Of a stretch of DNA of 64,000 bases, positions 29,735-37,270 are shown piece after piece. Under the pieces are notes generated by a model, which did no database searches, had not been told where the DNA came from, and worked only from the letters and a program-made list of their open reading frames with translations. The DNA lies in contig OZ244807.1 in assembly GCA_965220185.1 (NCBI GenBank), positions 2,578,956 through 2,642,955 of the forward strand, in the 5' to 3' direction. The position numbers and the translations under genes are program-made. How positions within the stretch are numbered: the stretch's first letter is position 1; every line of letters begins with the position of its first letter. The DNA is from Candidatus Azotimanducus sp. GTDB lineage: Bacteria; Pseudomonadota; Gammaproteobacteria; Pseudomonadales; Azotimanducaceae.

Positions 29735-29741
29735 CGCTCCA

Positions 29742-30182
29742 TCAAGCTAATGATGGAACATTATTCGAAAGTCGATGGAACACATAGCCCGCGAGCGCGC
29801 CAGCGACGACTTGACTCGCCATGCCAGCGGCGAAGCGCGTCGCCGGCACGGGATGCATCCCGAACACGGCGAACATGATCATGTGCAGCGCCCACAGGCC
29901 AGCCGCACCGCCAATGACATACCCAAGCCACCTCGGTAACGGCGCGAATTTGAGCACCAGCATGGAAACAGGCATGGCGACGGCAAAGCTCACCGCGACA
30001 AGCGGCAAATACACATTCACCATCCCCGCAAGGTCAAGGAGGCTTGTCTCGATACGCATAGCCAGCGAGACTGCCATGCCGTAGGATGCCACTTCCTGCA
30101 ACGCAACCTGAGCGATCAGCACCACAGACACAATGTATGCGGCGGCAATAGCAGCGATGAATGCGAGAATGCGCCTGATCAT
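29742..30182 (-). CDS. Small integral membrane protein (about 4 TM helices), unknown function
   Basis: Hydrophobic ORF. The probable start is MIRRILAFIAAIAAAYIV at 30182; the track start is 30209. Confidence 0.6.
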   Translation of the reverse strand: MIRRILAFIAAIAAAYIVSVVLIAQVALQEVASYGMAVSLAMRIETSLLDLAGMVNVYLPLVAVSFAVAMPVSMLVLKFAPLPRWLGYVIGGAAGLWALHMIMFAVFGMHPVPATRFAAGMASQVVAGALAGYVFHRLSNNVPSLA

Positions 30183-30320
30183 GCGGACGTTCCAATGAGT
30201 TACGCACAAACATACCAGCCACGCGCGACAAATGAAAGCTGGCGGCTTGGGAATGAGCGTCTGTCACGGTGCAAGTAACAGAAACCCTGTAAGCTTTCGT
30301 GACCAGTTGAAGCAGCAGAC

Positions 30321-31436
30321 ATGACAGCCATGTACCCACGCACTCTCGCCGTCGCACTCCTTGCGCTCGCCCTGAACTTGGCACATTCGGAGGACTACCA
30401 ACTCACGCCGGTCGCGAACGGTCTCGACCACCCTTGGTGCATCGCGTTCCTGCCCGATGGCGGCTATCTTGTCACCGAACTCGGCGGGTCGCTGCGCGAA
30501 ATTTCGCAATCCGGCGAAATTGGTGAGCCCATTGAAGGCGTCCCTGAGGTCTACCACCGCAGCCAAGGCGGACTCTTCGATGTCCTCCTGCACCCAAACT
30601 TCGCCGACAATCAAACCTTGTTCCTTTCATATGCCGCGCCGCCCGCAAGAGACAATGCCACCGAAATCCTGCGCGCCAAGTACATTGACGGTGCCCTCAC
30701 CTCCGCGCAGGTCATTTTCACCGTATCGCCGCGCAAGCCGACACCCGTGCATTACGGCGGTCGCATGGCGTTTCTCAAAGACGACACGCTGCTGCTGACC
30801 AGCGGCGATGGCTTTGATTTTCGCGAGTCGTCGCAAGACCTCGCAAGCGGACTCGGCAAGGTCATGCGCATTCACACCGATGGCAGCGTACCCGACGACA
30901 ATCCCTTTGTGAAAACGCAAGGCGCACTTCCCGAAATCTTCACCTACGGGCACCGCAATCCACAGGGACTTGTGGTGGCATCAGACGGGCGCGTGTACCT
31001 GAATGAGCATGGCCCGCGCGGAGGGGATGAGACGAACCTGCTCGTTGCCAGCGCGAATTACGGCTGGCCAGCCGTCACCTTCGGCCGCGAATACAGTGGC
31101 GGCACCATTTCTCCATTCACCGAAGGCCCCGGCTTCGAGCCACCGCTCAATCACTGGACACCGTCCATCGCGCCATCCGGCCTCGCCGTGTATGAAGGCG
31201 AGCGCTTCCCCGATTGGCAGGGCGACTTGTTTGTCGGCGCATTGGTGGACAAGGAGGTGCGGCGGCTCGATCTTGAGGACGGCGAAATCGTCGCCGAGCA
31301 AGCGCTTTTTGGCAACCTTGACCGCCGCATCAGGGATGTGCGCACACACGATGGCTACATCTATGTAGTCGAAGACGGCGCGGACGCTACGATTTGGCGC
31401 GTCGAACCCGCAGTAAACTTGTCCAAAGTTCTATAG
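30321..31436 (+). CDS. PQQ-dependent sugar dehydrogenase (soluble aldose sugar dehydrogenase, YliI-like)
   Basis: 371-aa ORF with a signal peptide, HPWCIAFLPDG..., YGHRNPQGL and NYGWP. These motifs are typical of the six-bladed propeller sGDH family. Confidence 0.85.
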   Translation: MTAMYPRTLAVALLALALNLAHSEDYQLTPVANGLDHPWCIAFLPDGGYLVTELGGSLREISQSGEIGEPIEGVPEVYHRSQGGLFDVLLHPNFADNQTLFLSYAAPPARDNATEILRAKYIDGALTSAQVIFTVSPRKPTPVHYGGRMAFLKDDTLLLTSGDGFDFRESSQDLASGLGKVMRIHTDGSVPDDNPFVKTQGALPEIFTYGHRNPQGLVVASDGRVYLNEHGPRGGDETNLLVASANYGWPAVTFGREYSGGTISPFTEGPGFEPPLNHWTPSIAPSGLAVYEGERFPDWQGDLFVGALVDKEVRRLDLEDGEIVAEQALFGNLDRRIRDVRTHDGYIYVVEDGADATIWRVEPAVNLSKVL

Positions 31437-31445
31437 GCAACATTC

Positions 31446-32387
31446 ATGAATTCCAGTAGATTGTCAGCGCTGGTGCTTTTCGCAGCGCTCGTGTTCGCAC
31501 CGAAGGCGCTCGTACACGATGCCGTCAGCGTCCAAGCGTTTGCATCCCAGGTTGGCTGGGATTTCGATGCGCCGGTGAGTGTCGAACAATTGAGTCCCGC
31601 CTTGTCGGTCGTGTTCGGCGTTGGCGGCAACGTGACTGTCTCAATCGGCGATCAGGGTGTGCTGATCGTCGACGACCAGTTCCCGCAAACCATCGGCAAG
31701 ATTCAGCAGGCAATCGCCGATGCGGGCGGCGGCGACATCGACTTCGCCGTCAACACGCACTGGCACTTCGATCATGCCGACGGCAATCCGGTGCTCGGCG
31801 CCGAAGGCACCTGGCTGGTCTCGCACGCTGCGTCGCGGCGCATGATGGTGAGCGAGCAACTCGTTGATCTTGCGGTGGTGAATCTCATCCAGCAACCCTA
31901 CCCGGCGGAAGGCTTGCCGGTGATCACCTTCGATACAGCCATGCAGTTCCACTTCAACGGCGAGAAGATCGAGCTCGTCCATTTCGGCCCCGCACACACC
32001 ACCGGAGACGCCGCTGTGATATTTCGGGGATCGAACGCCGTGCATCTCGGCGATGTTTTCAACAACGCCGGCTATCCGTTCATCGATGTGCACAATGGCG
32101 GCGACCTAGACGGCATGATTCGATTCTGCAAAGATGTCTTGTCCAAGATCGATGCTGACACGCACGTGATTCCGGGCCATGGGCCGATTGTCGGCATCGA
32201 AGCGCTTGAAGCATATATCGACATGCTTGAAGTGACGAGAAAGCGCATCTCGCGCATGATCGATGCTGGCATGAGCCTCGCCGATGTGGTCGAAGCAGAG
32301 CCCACCGCCGACTATGACGAACGCTACGGCGATCCGACGATCTATGTGAATCGCAGCTACGCTTCGCTCGCGCGCAAGGGCGGATAG
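31446..32387 (+). CDS. MBL-fold metallo-hydrolase, secreted
   Basis: 313-aa ORF with a signal peptide, the metal motif HWHFDHADGN, and later HTTGD and PGHG. Confidence 0.85.
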   Translation: MNSSRLSALVLFAALVFAPKALVHDAVSVQAFASQVGWDFDAPVSVEQLSPALSVVFGVGGNVTVSIGDQGVLIVDDQFPQTIGKIQQAIADAGGGDIDFAVNTHWHFDHADGNPVLGAEGTWLVSHAASRRMMVSEQLVDLAVVNLIQQPYPAEGLPVITFDTAMQFHFNGEKIELVHFGPAHTTGDAAVIFRGSNAVHLGDVFNNAGYPFIDVHNGGDLDGMIRFCKDVLSKIDADTHVIPGHGPIVGIEALEAYIDMLEVTRKRISRMIDAGMSLADVVEAEPTADYDERYGDPTIYVNRSYASLARKGG

Positions 32388-32508
32388 AGAGGATTGAAGT
32401 TATCGGCAAACCGGTGCGTACAGCATCAAATTTTGGGACCTATATACGTTTGCCTTACCACGGCAAATATCGTAAGCTGAGAGCAGCCACAAAATTGGAG
32501 TGCTCCAC

Positions 32509-33174
32509 ATGACACGTTCACCCCCCCCCCCCCCCCCCCTCACTAAATTAGCAACCTTCTTTCTGCTGGCAGTGCTTGCGGCACCGCTAGCGGCGCAGAC
32601 GACCGTCACCAGCGGCGGGCGAGACGGTCCGACCACTTGCATGGGTGAACAACAGGAGGTCAATGCTACGGCTTTCGACATCACGAGCATAACAACAAGC
32701 CTCATCAGGTACACGACTCCGGCTGTCACATGGGGCCAATACACCGGGCGGCTCGGCGATCTCTCAGCACCTATAAGGGCCAGTGTGTATGCCGCTCTTT
32801 ACAATGCCAAAACTCAGGCAAGAGTAGGCCAGGCGAGTTTAGGTGACATATCAAGCACGCGGAACATTAGTGCTCGAAGTACACCACTAGCCAGAACAGT
32901 TTCTGCGAAAACTTCCTATTACCTAGAAATTAACGCGGCTGCGACAGGCTCCATTCCGAAGCAGGTGTTCGCGAGACGCTGCTTCATGACCGGCGGCACC
33001 TACACCATGAATGTCGCCCCTGGAACTGAAGGCCGGAGCAGCGGGTGCTTCTCGATCAGCCCCTTTACCCAACAGGATGTCCGCAACTGCTGGTGCGGGC
33101 GCAGGAACAACCTGCCCCTATTCAGCTCAACACAGGGCAACACCGATTGGCACAACATGTGGGGATGCCGGTAG
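32509..33174 (+). CDS. Small secreted protein, poly(C)-leader family member A (tract in frame)
   Basis: ATG 32509 has GGAG 9 nt upstream. The product begins MTRS-PPPPPP-LTKLATFFLLAVLAAPLAA/QTTV, a signal peptide. The mature part is Cys-containing with no recognised domain. The track ORF starts at GTG 32500. Confidence 0.7.
   Translation: MTRSPPPPPPLTKLATFFLLAVLAAPLAAQTTVTSGGRDGPTTCMGEQQEVNATAFDITSITTSLIRYTTPAVTWGQYTGRLGDLSAPIRASVYAALYNAKTQARVGQASLGDISSTRNISARSTPLARTVSAKTSYYLEINAAATGSIPKQVFARRCFMTGGTYTMNVAPGTEGRSSGCFSISPFTQQDVRNCWCGRRNNLPLFSSTQGNTDWHNMWGCR
32521..32539 (+). repeat. Homopolymeric C19 tract
   Basis: Counted directly: 19 consecutive C between A32520 and T32540, within codons 5-11 of the gene. 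Confidence 0.95.
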
Positions 33175-33176
33175 CG

Positions 33177-34068
33177 GCCCCTGCCGGACACGGGCGTGGC
33201 GGCATCCGGACCGCCCCTGTCGTTGCGGACCGCCGCCGCCCGTCCCTCCGGATGCGGAGGGCGTTGACAGACTTGTCTCGCCGTTCATGGGCGGCGGCTC
33301 GGTGAGATCGCCTGCGCGAAGGAGCTTGGCATTGACGTGCTTGCTTACGATGTGTTCGATATTTTGTGCACGTATTGGAAGTGCCAGCTGCGCACCCCGG
33401 ACGCGCTCTACAAGCGGTTGCTTGAACTGCCTCCGAACCGCGACACATTCAAACGTGTGAAAGAGCGGTTGAAGCGCCACTGGACGGGCGTTGAGCGGAT
33501 GCACTATCAGGATGTGGCCGCGCACTACTATTTCAATTCAAACACATCCTACGGTCCCCACTTCCTTGGCTGGCCGTCGGATGTCTATCTGAGCGATGCG
33601 CGATACTCAGGGATGATTGAGAAGGCAAGGGCGTTTTCAGCGCCGTCATTGCGCGTGGAGTGCGGGCGCTTCGAGAACACCATGCCTAGCAGCCTGTTGA
33701 AAAAGTCGATTTAGTGCCACTTTGACCATAAACGCGAAAATATAACTCATTGATTATTCAGAATATTTATTTTTTGAGATGTCGGTTCCGGGTGTCTGTA
33801 GGTGGTTTTTCAACAGGCTGCTAGGCACAAGGGCGAGCTTCTGTACTGCGGCCCACCCTACTACCTTGACGAAGGCAAGACGTTTGTCGGGATGTACCCG
33901 CACCGGAACTTCCCTATCCACCACAAAGGATTCCGCCATGACCTGCTGCGCGATCTGCTGCTCGCGCACAAGGGCGGATTCATCCTCTCGTACAACGACT
34001 GCGAGACGATTCGCGACTGGTATTCCGATTGCGAGATGTTCGAACCGCAAGGGTACGATGGCGCGTGA
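33177..34068 (+). pseudogene. Decayed D12-class (Dam-like) N6-adenine DNA methyltransferase
   Basis: Motif I, LVSPFMGGGSV, lies in one frame and ends at 33304. The text continues as EIACAKELGIDVLAYDVFDIL...AAHYYFNSNTSYGPHFLGW...RFENTM in the +2 frame, consistent with a missing G in GTG(G)AG. It is then interrupted by an inverted-repeat element, and resumes as HKGELLYCGPPYY...GGFILSYNDCETIRDWY. Motif IV reads GPPY instead of (D/N/S)PPY. Neither the N-terminus nor the C-terminal end could be reconstructed. Confidence 0.55.
33683..33827. mobile_element. 145-bp MITE-like element: 22-bp perfect terminal inverted repeats around a 101-bp AT-rich core
   Basis: TGCCTAGCAGCCTGTTGAAAAA (33683..33704) is the exact reverse complement of 33806..33827. 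The element sits inside the methyltransferase reading frame and introduces a stop (TAG 33712..33714). Confidence 0.6.
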
Positions 34069-34193
34069 ACAGGCACCATTTCGACAAGGCGCCGAGGGAC
34101 GAGCCTACGCTAGGAGTCTGCGCCGTAGGAAGTTGCGCAAGGCGAAATTCGTGAACGTGCCCCCATGCTAAAATCAGAACACCTTTCAGGTAC

Positions 34194-35429
34194 GTGTTCA
34201 GTCGTTTGATGCGCCAGTTCAACCCCACCGCCCTTCAAGCCTATATCGATGAACGTGACCGCCAGTCACCGCTGTTTTTCACAGGCCGTCAAAACGAGAT
34301 TGGCATGGCACAAGTGACATTTCACAATGTACAAGCCGGAAAAACACAAGGGAACACCGTCGTTTTTCAAGGTGCACCCGGTGCAGGCAAAACCGCATTG
34401 CTCGACCACCTGCAAAAAACGCTACAAGGCGAATGCGATACCGCGAAATTGAAAGCGGCTTCAGTACGACGCCCACATACCGCATTGCTTGAAGTGCTGA
34501 AGCAACTCAACCCGAAACAAGCCAAGAAAATCAGAAAAGGTCGTCATGTGCGACACCGATCTGGTTTGAATACCCCCTTGGAATTAGGACGGGACATCAC
34601 CACAACCGACAATCCGAAATCGATCAGCACAGTCGAAGAACTGATGGCATTACGAAAACGTAAAAAGCCATTGCTCTTGTTCCTTGACGAAGCACAAAAC
34701 GCCAACGGCGATGAGCCTGATGGAACAAGCTCAATTCTTCAGGAACTCCATGAAGGGGACGTCGGAAATGTCGCATTGATTGCGGGCGGGTTGTCTGATA
34801 CGAGCACAACGCTCAAATCCCTTGGCATCTCAAGACTCGCATCCGATAGCAAAACGACCTTGCAACCACTCGGCGAAGCGCATGTACGAGAAGCACTTGA
34901 TGCGTTCCTAGCGCACACACCGTTCGGCATTGATTGTCACGGGCACGATACATCTGCCCTGCAACAACTCGTTGTGAACGAATCTTTTGGGTGGCCACAA
35001 CACCTCACAAACGCACTGCGTTCATTGGGCGAAGAATTGATTCGGGTAGGCGGACGACTTGCCGAATGCGACCTGCACGCGGTGCAGCAGGCATCACAGG
35101 CTCGCAGGGAGTCGTATTACGGCGAACGCGCAGAAGGTATCAGCTCACATCTACTTCGAGCGGTCATTCAAACCGTCCCCCGAAACGGGACCGTGTCGTC
35201 TGAGGCGGTGAAAGACGCGATTGCCGAGGCGTATCAAACCAGACCGATTATGGAAGATGAACTACCCCGAAAAGAGGCGTGGCGACACCTCGTGCATCGC
35301 GGCATCTTGGAACCGGACGCACACACTGACCAAGTACGTGTGCCGATTCCGTCCATGCACGACTACATCGCCGAAAGAACACGGTCACAGACACAAGAGA
35401 CGCCCGCAGAATCAGACCTTGGGTATTGA
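34194..35429 (+). CDS. P-loop NTPase (ORC/Cdc6- or AAA_22-like), paralogue of 55806..56954
   Basis: 411-aa ORF with FFTGRQNEI, Walker A QGAPGAGKTALL and Walker B LLLFLDEAQ. The motifs SFGWPQHL, SYYGER and VPIPSMHDY are shared with the paralogue. The start is GTG 34194 or ATG 34209. Confidence 0.8.
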   Translation: MFSRLMRQFNPTALQAYIDERDRQSPLFFTGRQNEIGMAQVTFHNVQAGKTQGNTVVFQGAPGAGKTALLDHLQKTLQGECDTAKLKAASVRRPHTALLEVLKQLNPKQAKKIRKGRHVRHRSGLNTPLELGRDITTTDNPKSISTVEELMALRKRKKPLLLFLDEAQNANGDEPDGTSSILQELHEGDVGNVALIAGGLSDTSTTLKSLGISRLASDSKTTLQPLGEAHVREALDAFLAHTPFGIDCHGHDTSALQQLVVNESFGWPQHLTNALRSLGEELIRVGGRLAECDLHAVQQASQARRESYYGERAEGISSHLLRAVIQTVPRNGTVSSEAVKDAIAEAYQTRPIMEDELPRKEAWRHLVHRGILEPDAHTDQVRVPIPSMHDYIAERTRSQTQETPAESDLGY

Positions 35430-35519
35430 TAGCGCCCTGCCCTCCCTTGGGACGTATAGACATTTCGATGTGCGCCACGACAAAGTCATAGGCATCTCGC
35501 GACAGGTATTCAGACCCCC

Positions 35520-35954
35520 TCAACATTCGGGCGCGGATTTTTTCAGCAGTATCTCCTCGATCGTTTCGATGCTGATTCCGGTCTTGGCTTCTTTCTCGTT
35601 GGAGAGCGGCGATGCGCTCACCGCACGCGTGCCGAAGAATGATATGGGGACACCGTGTCTACTAAACAAAAAGCCCTGTCCGGCATAGACTTCAAGGCCA
35701 GTGATTTCCTCTCGCTTCTCCATTTCACCGAAGCCTGAAAACAACTCCGACAAAGGCATGTCCGCATGTTCGAGCTCATCAAAGAAAAGACCGATATCTG
35801 TGCTATGCCTGTGCCTCCATCGCGCCGCGAGCACGCTGCCGCCACCCATTCTGTAGCGTTCACGGCTTGTCCAGCAATCAAGCACTCGCACAAACCATTG
35901 CAATGGTTCCAGCAAATGCGAGGCGAGATGGAGGACGGGCTGCATGAACATCAA
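35520..35954 (-). CDS. Putative nucleotidyltransferase-fold protein (AbiEii-like toxin candidate, short)
   Basis: 144-aa ORF. GGGSVLAARWRHRHSTDIGLFFD resembles the GGtAL...R.S.DiDlf motif of AbiEii/DUF1814 nucleotidyltransferases. It overlaps the upstream gene in an ATGA arrangement. Confidence 0.4.
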   Translation of the reverse strand: MMFMQPVLHLASHLLEPLQWFVRVLDCWTSRERYRMGGGSVLAARWRHRHSTDIGLFFDELEHADMPLSELFSGFGEMEKREEITGLEVYAGQGFLFSRHGVPISFFGTRAVSASPLSNEKEAKTGISIETIEEILLKKSAPEC

Positions 35955-36388
35955 ATCCTAGAACTCAAGTTCCACGTTCGATAGTGCTCTCGCTGCGGCA
36001 GGTAGCCGGGCACATGCCCATTGATCCAGTCGCCAAGCAGATGATGTCGAACGTCACACGCGATCATCGCTCTTGCGATCTGATAACGAGAAACGCCGCA
36101 ATACATCAGGAAGCGACGCATGTCCTCGCAGTCGAACTGCATGAGCAATCCACGCAGGTAGGAGCGTTCGTCTACATCGAACCGCCCGGCGAGAATCATC
36201 TGGCGTATCTGCGCGGGTGAACGCCGGACCGCGGAGCCGGCCATACGGCTTGTGCTGATGGCGGAAATCTTGTCGGGATGGAATTCGCTGAGATCGTGCA
36301 TGCCCGGCCTGTCAAAGTCTTCGAGCGGCAGAACTTCAACCGGAAGTCGCCAAGCGAAATGCTTCTCTTTGAACATTGAGGAACCCAT
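35951..36388 (-). CDS. Hypothetical protein with a possible HTH (antitoxin or regulator candidate)
   Basis: 145-aa ORF, translationally coupled to 35520..35954. The segment FLMYCGVSRYQIARAMI looks like a helix-turn-helix. Confidence 0.4.
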   Translation of the reverse strand: MGSSMFKEKHFAWRLPVEVLPLEDFDRPGMHDLSEFHPDKISAISTSRMAGSAVRRSPAQIRQMILAGRFDVDERSYLRGLLMQFDCEDMRRFLMYCGVSRYQIARAMIACDVRHHLLGDWINGHVPGYLPQREHYRTWNLSSRI

Positions 36389-36469
36389 ATCGAGGAAACC
36401 ATGTGAAGGAGCGCGCTTGATCGCTATTTTACTTGCGCTTTGATAGAGTGGATTATCAACTTTTTCTAT

Positions 36470-36493
36470 GGGAATTACATGGCAAAATCCGCA
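36470..36493 (+). repeat. Half-copy of the 24-nt arm of the 52290..52389 inverted-repeat element
   Basis: GGGAATTACATGGCAAAATCCGCA matches GGGAATTACGTAGCAAAATCAGCA (52290..52313) at 21 of 24 positions. It lies about 150 nt upstream of ATG 36645. Confidence 0.6.
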
Positions 36494-36654
36494 GAGCCAG
36501 GCCCGCGACCGTCTGCGGCGGCAAAAAGCATCTCTCCATGCTGAGACAAGCGTTTTCTGAACGGCTTAATCGATTGCTTGCCAATCATTTTATGGTGACT
36601 GCTGACTTGTTCCGATTCCCACTCTTATCTGAGGCAAACGACACATGAAACGAA

Positions 36655-37185
36655 TTGCAAACTCACCCCGCAAAGAAAATTGCTGCACTGCTGGCAATGA
36701 TGATTATCGCGCAGCCAGCCAAGGCGCTCGTTGGACCGGGAGCTTGCACATCACACCATCCAGGAGTGAGCACGTGTGTGCAATCAAAAGGCAAAAGATG
36801 CTATCCAGATTGCGGTACCTACATAGCCCCGAAACACAATTTCGCACGGGTCGCTGTACTTGACTTTCACTGGCCTGAGGTGCCTGCGGTGGCTGCGACG
36901 TCTACGACGCCTGGGAAACCCGCAGAACCCGCTTACTTTGAACCGGTAGAGGTGGGGGTGGTGTCGAATGATTCCCGATTGGGCGCAGGGCTCGTAAGTA
37001 GTCAGCGACTTGGCACACTCGTAGATCAGGGTGGGAATTCCAACACACTTTCCAATTGGTACCTTCCGTTCAGTGGCCTCAAGCCGAGCCATTACTATGC
37101 ACTGGTAATTTACGATCCTCGTGTCGGCCCTTCCCAACCCTTTTCCCGCAAATGCTTCCTGACGGATCGCGATCCAGGCTCGTAA
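36655..37185 (+). CDS. Small secreted protein, leader family member B. The ORF body starts at TTG 36655; the RBS-associated ATG 36645 is 1 nt out of frame.
   Basis: The signal peptide reads (M)QTHPAKKIAALLAMMIIAQPAKA/LVGPG. ATG-AAA-CGA at 36645 (GAGG 9 nt upstream) is identical to the start of the 54119 gene, but it enters the ORF frame only if one C of the C4 run (36666..36669) is removed. Confidence 0.6.
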   Translation: MQTHPAKKIAALLAMMIIAQPAKALVGPGACTSHHPGVSTCVQSKGKRCYPDCGTYIAPKHNFARVAVLDFHWPEVPAVAATSTTPGKPAEPAYFEPVEVGVVSNDSRLGAGLVSSQRLGTLVDQGGNSNTLSNWYLPFSGLKPSHYYALVIYDPRVGPSQPFSRKCFLTDRDPGS

Positions 37186-37270
37186 GTTAAGACATCGGAC
37201 GGGGCGGAGCAGCGGCTCACCTCATCCGGGACCTTTCCAACTAGCGGTTCCGGCGGCTTCGGGTGCTTTG

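Noticed and set aside
32518-32541. The hexa-proline at the N-terminus, considered as a functional polyproline motif rather than a DNA-level signal
   Set aside because: The prolines sit in the signal peptide n-region, which is removed. All use the same CCC codon as one uninterrupted homopolymer, and the paralogue has the same tract out of frame. The DNA tract explains the pattern better than a protein-level requirement does.
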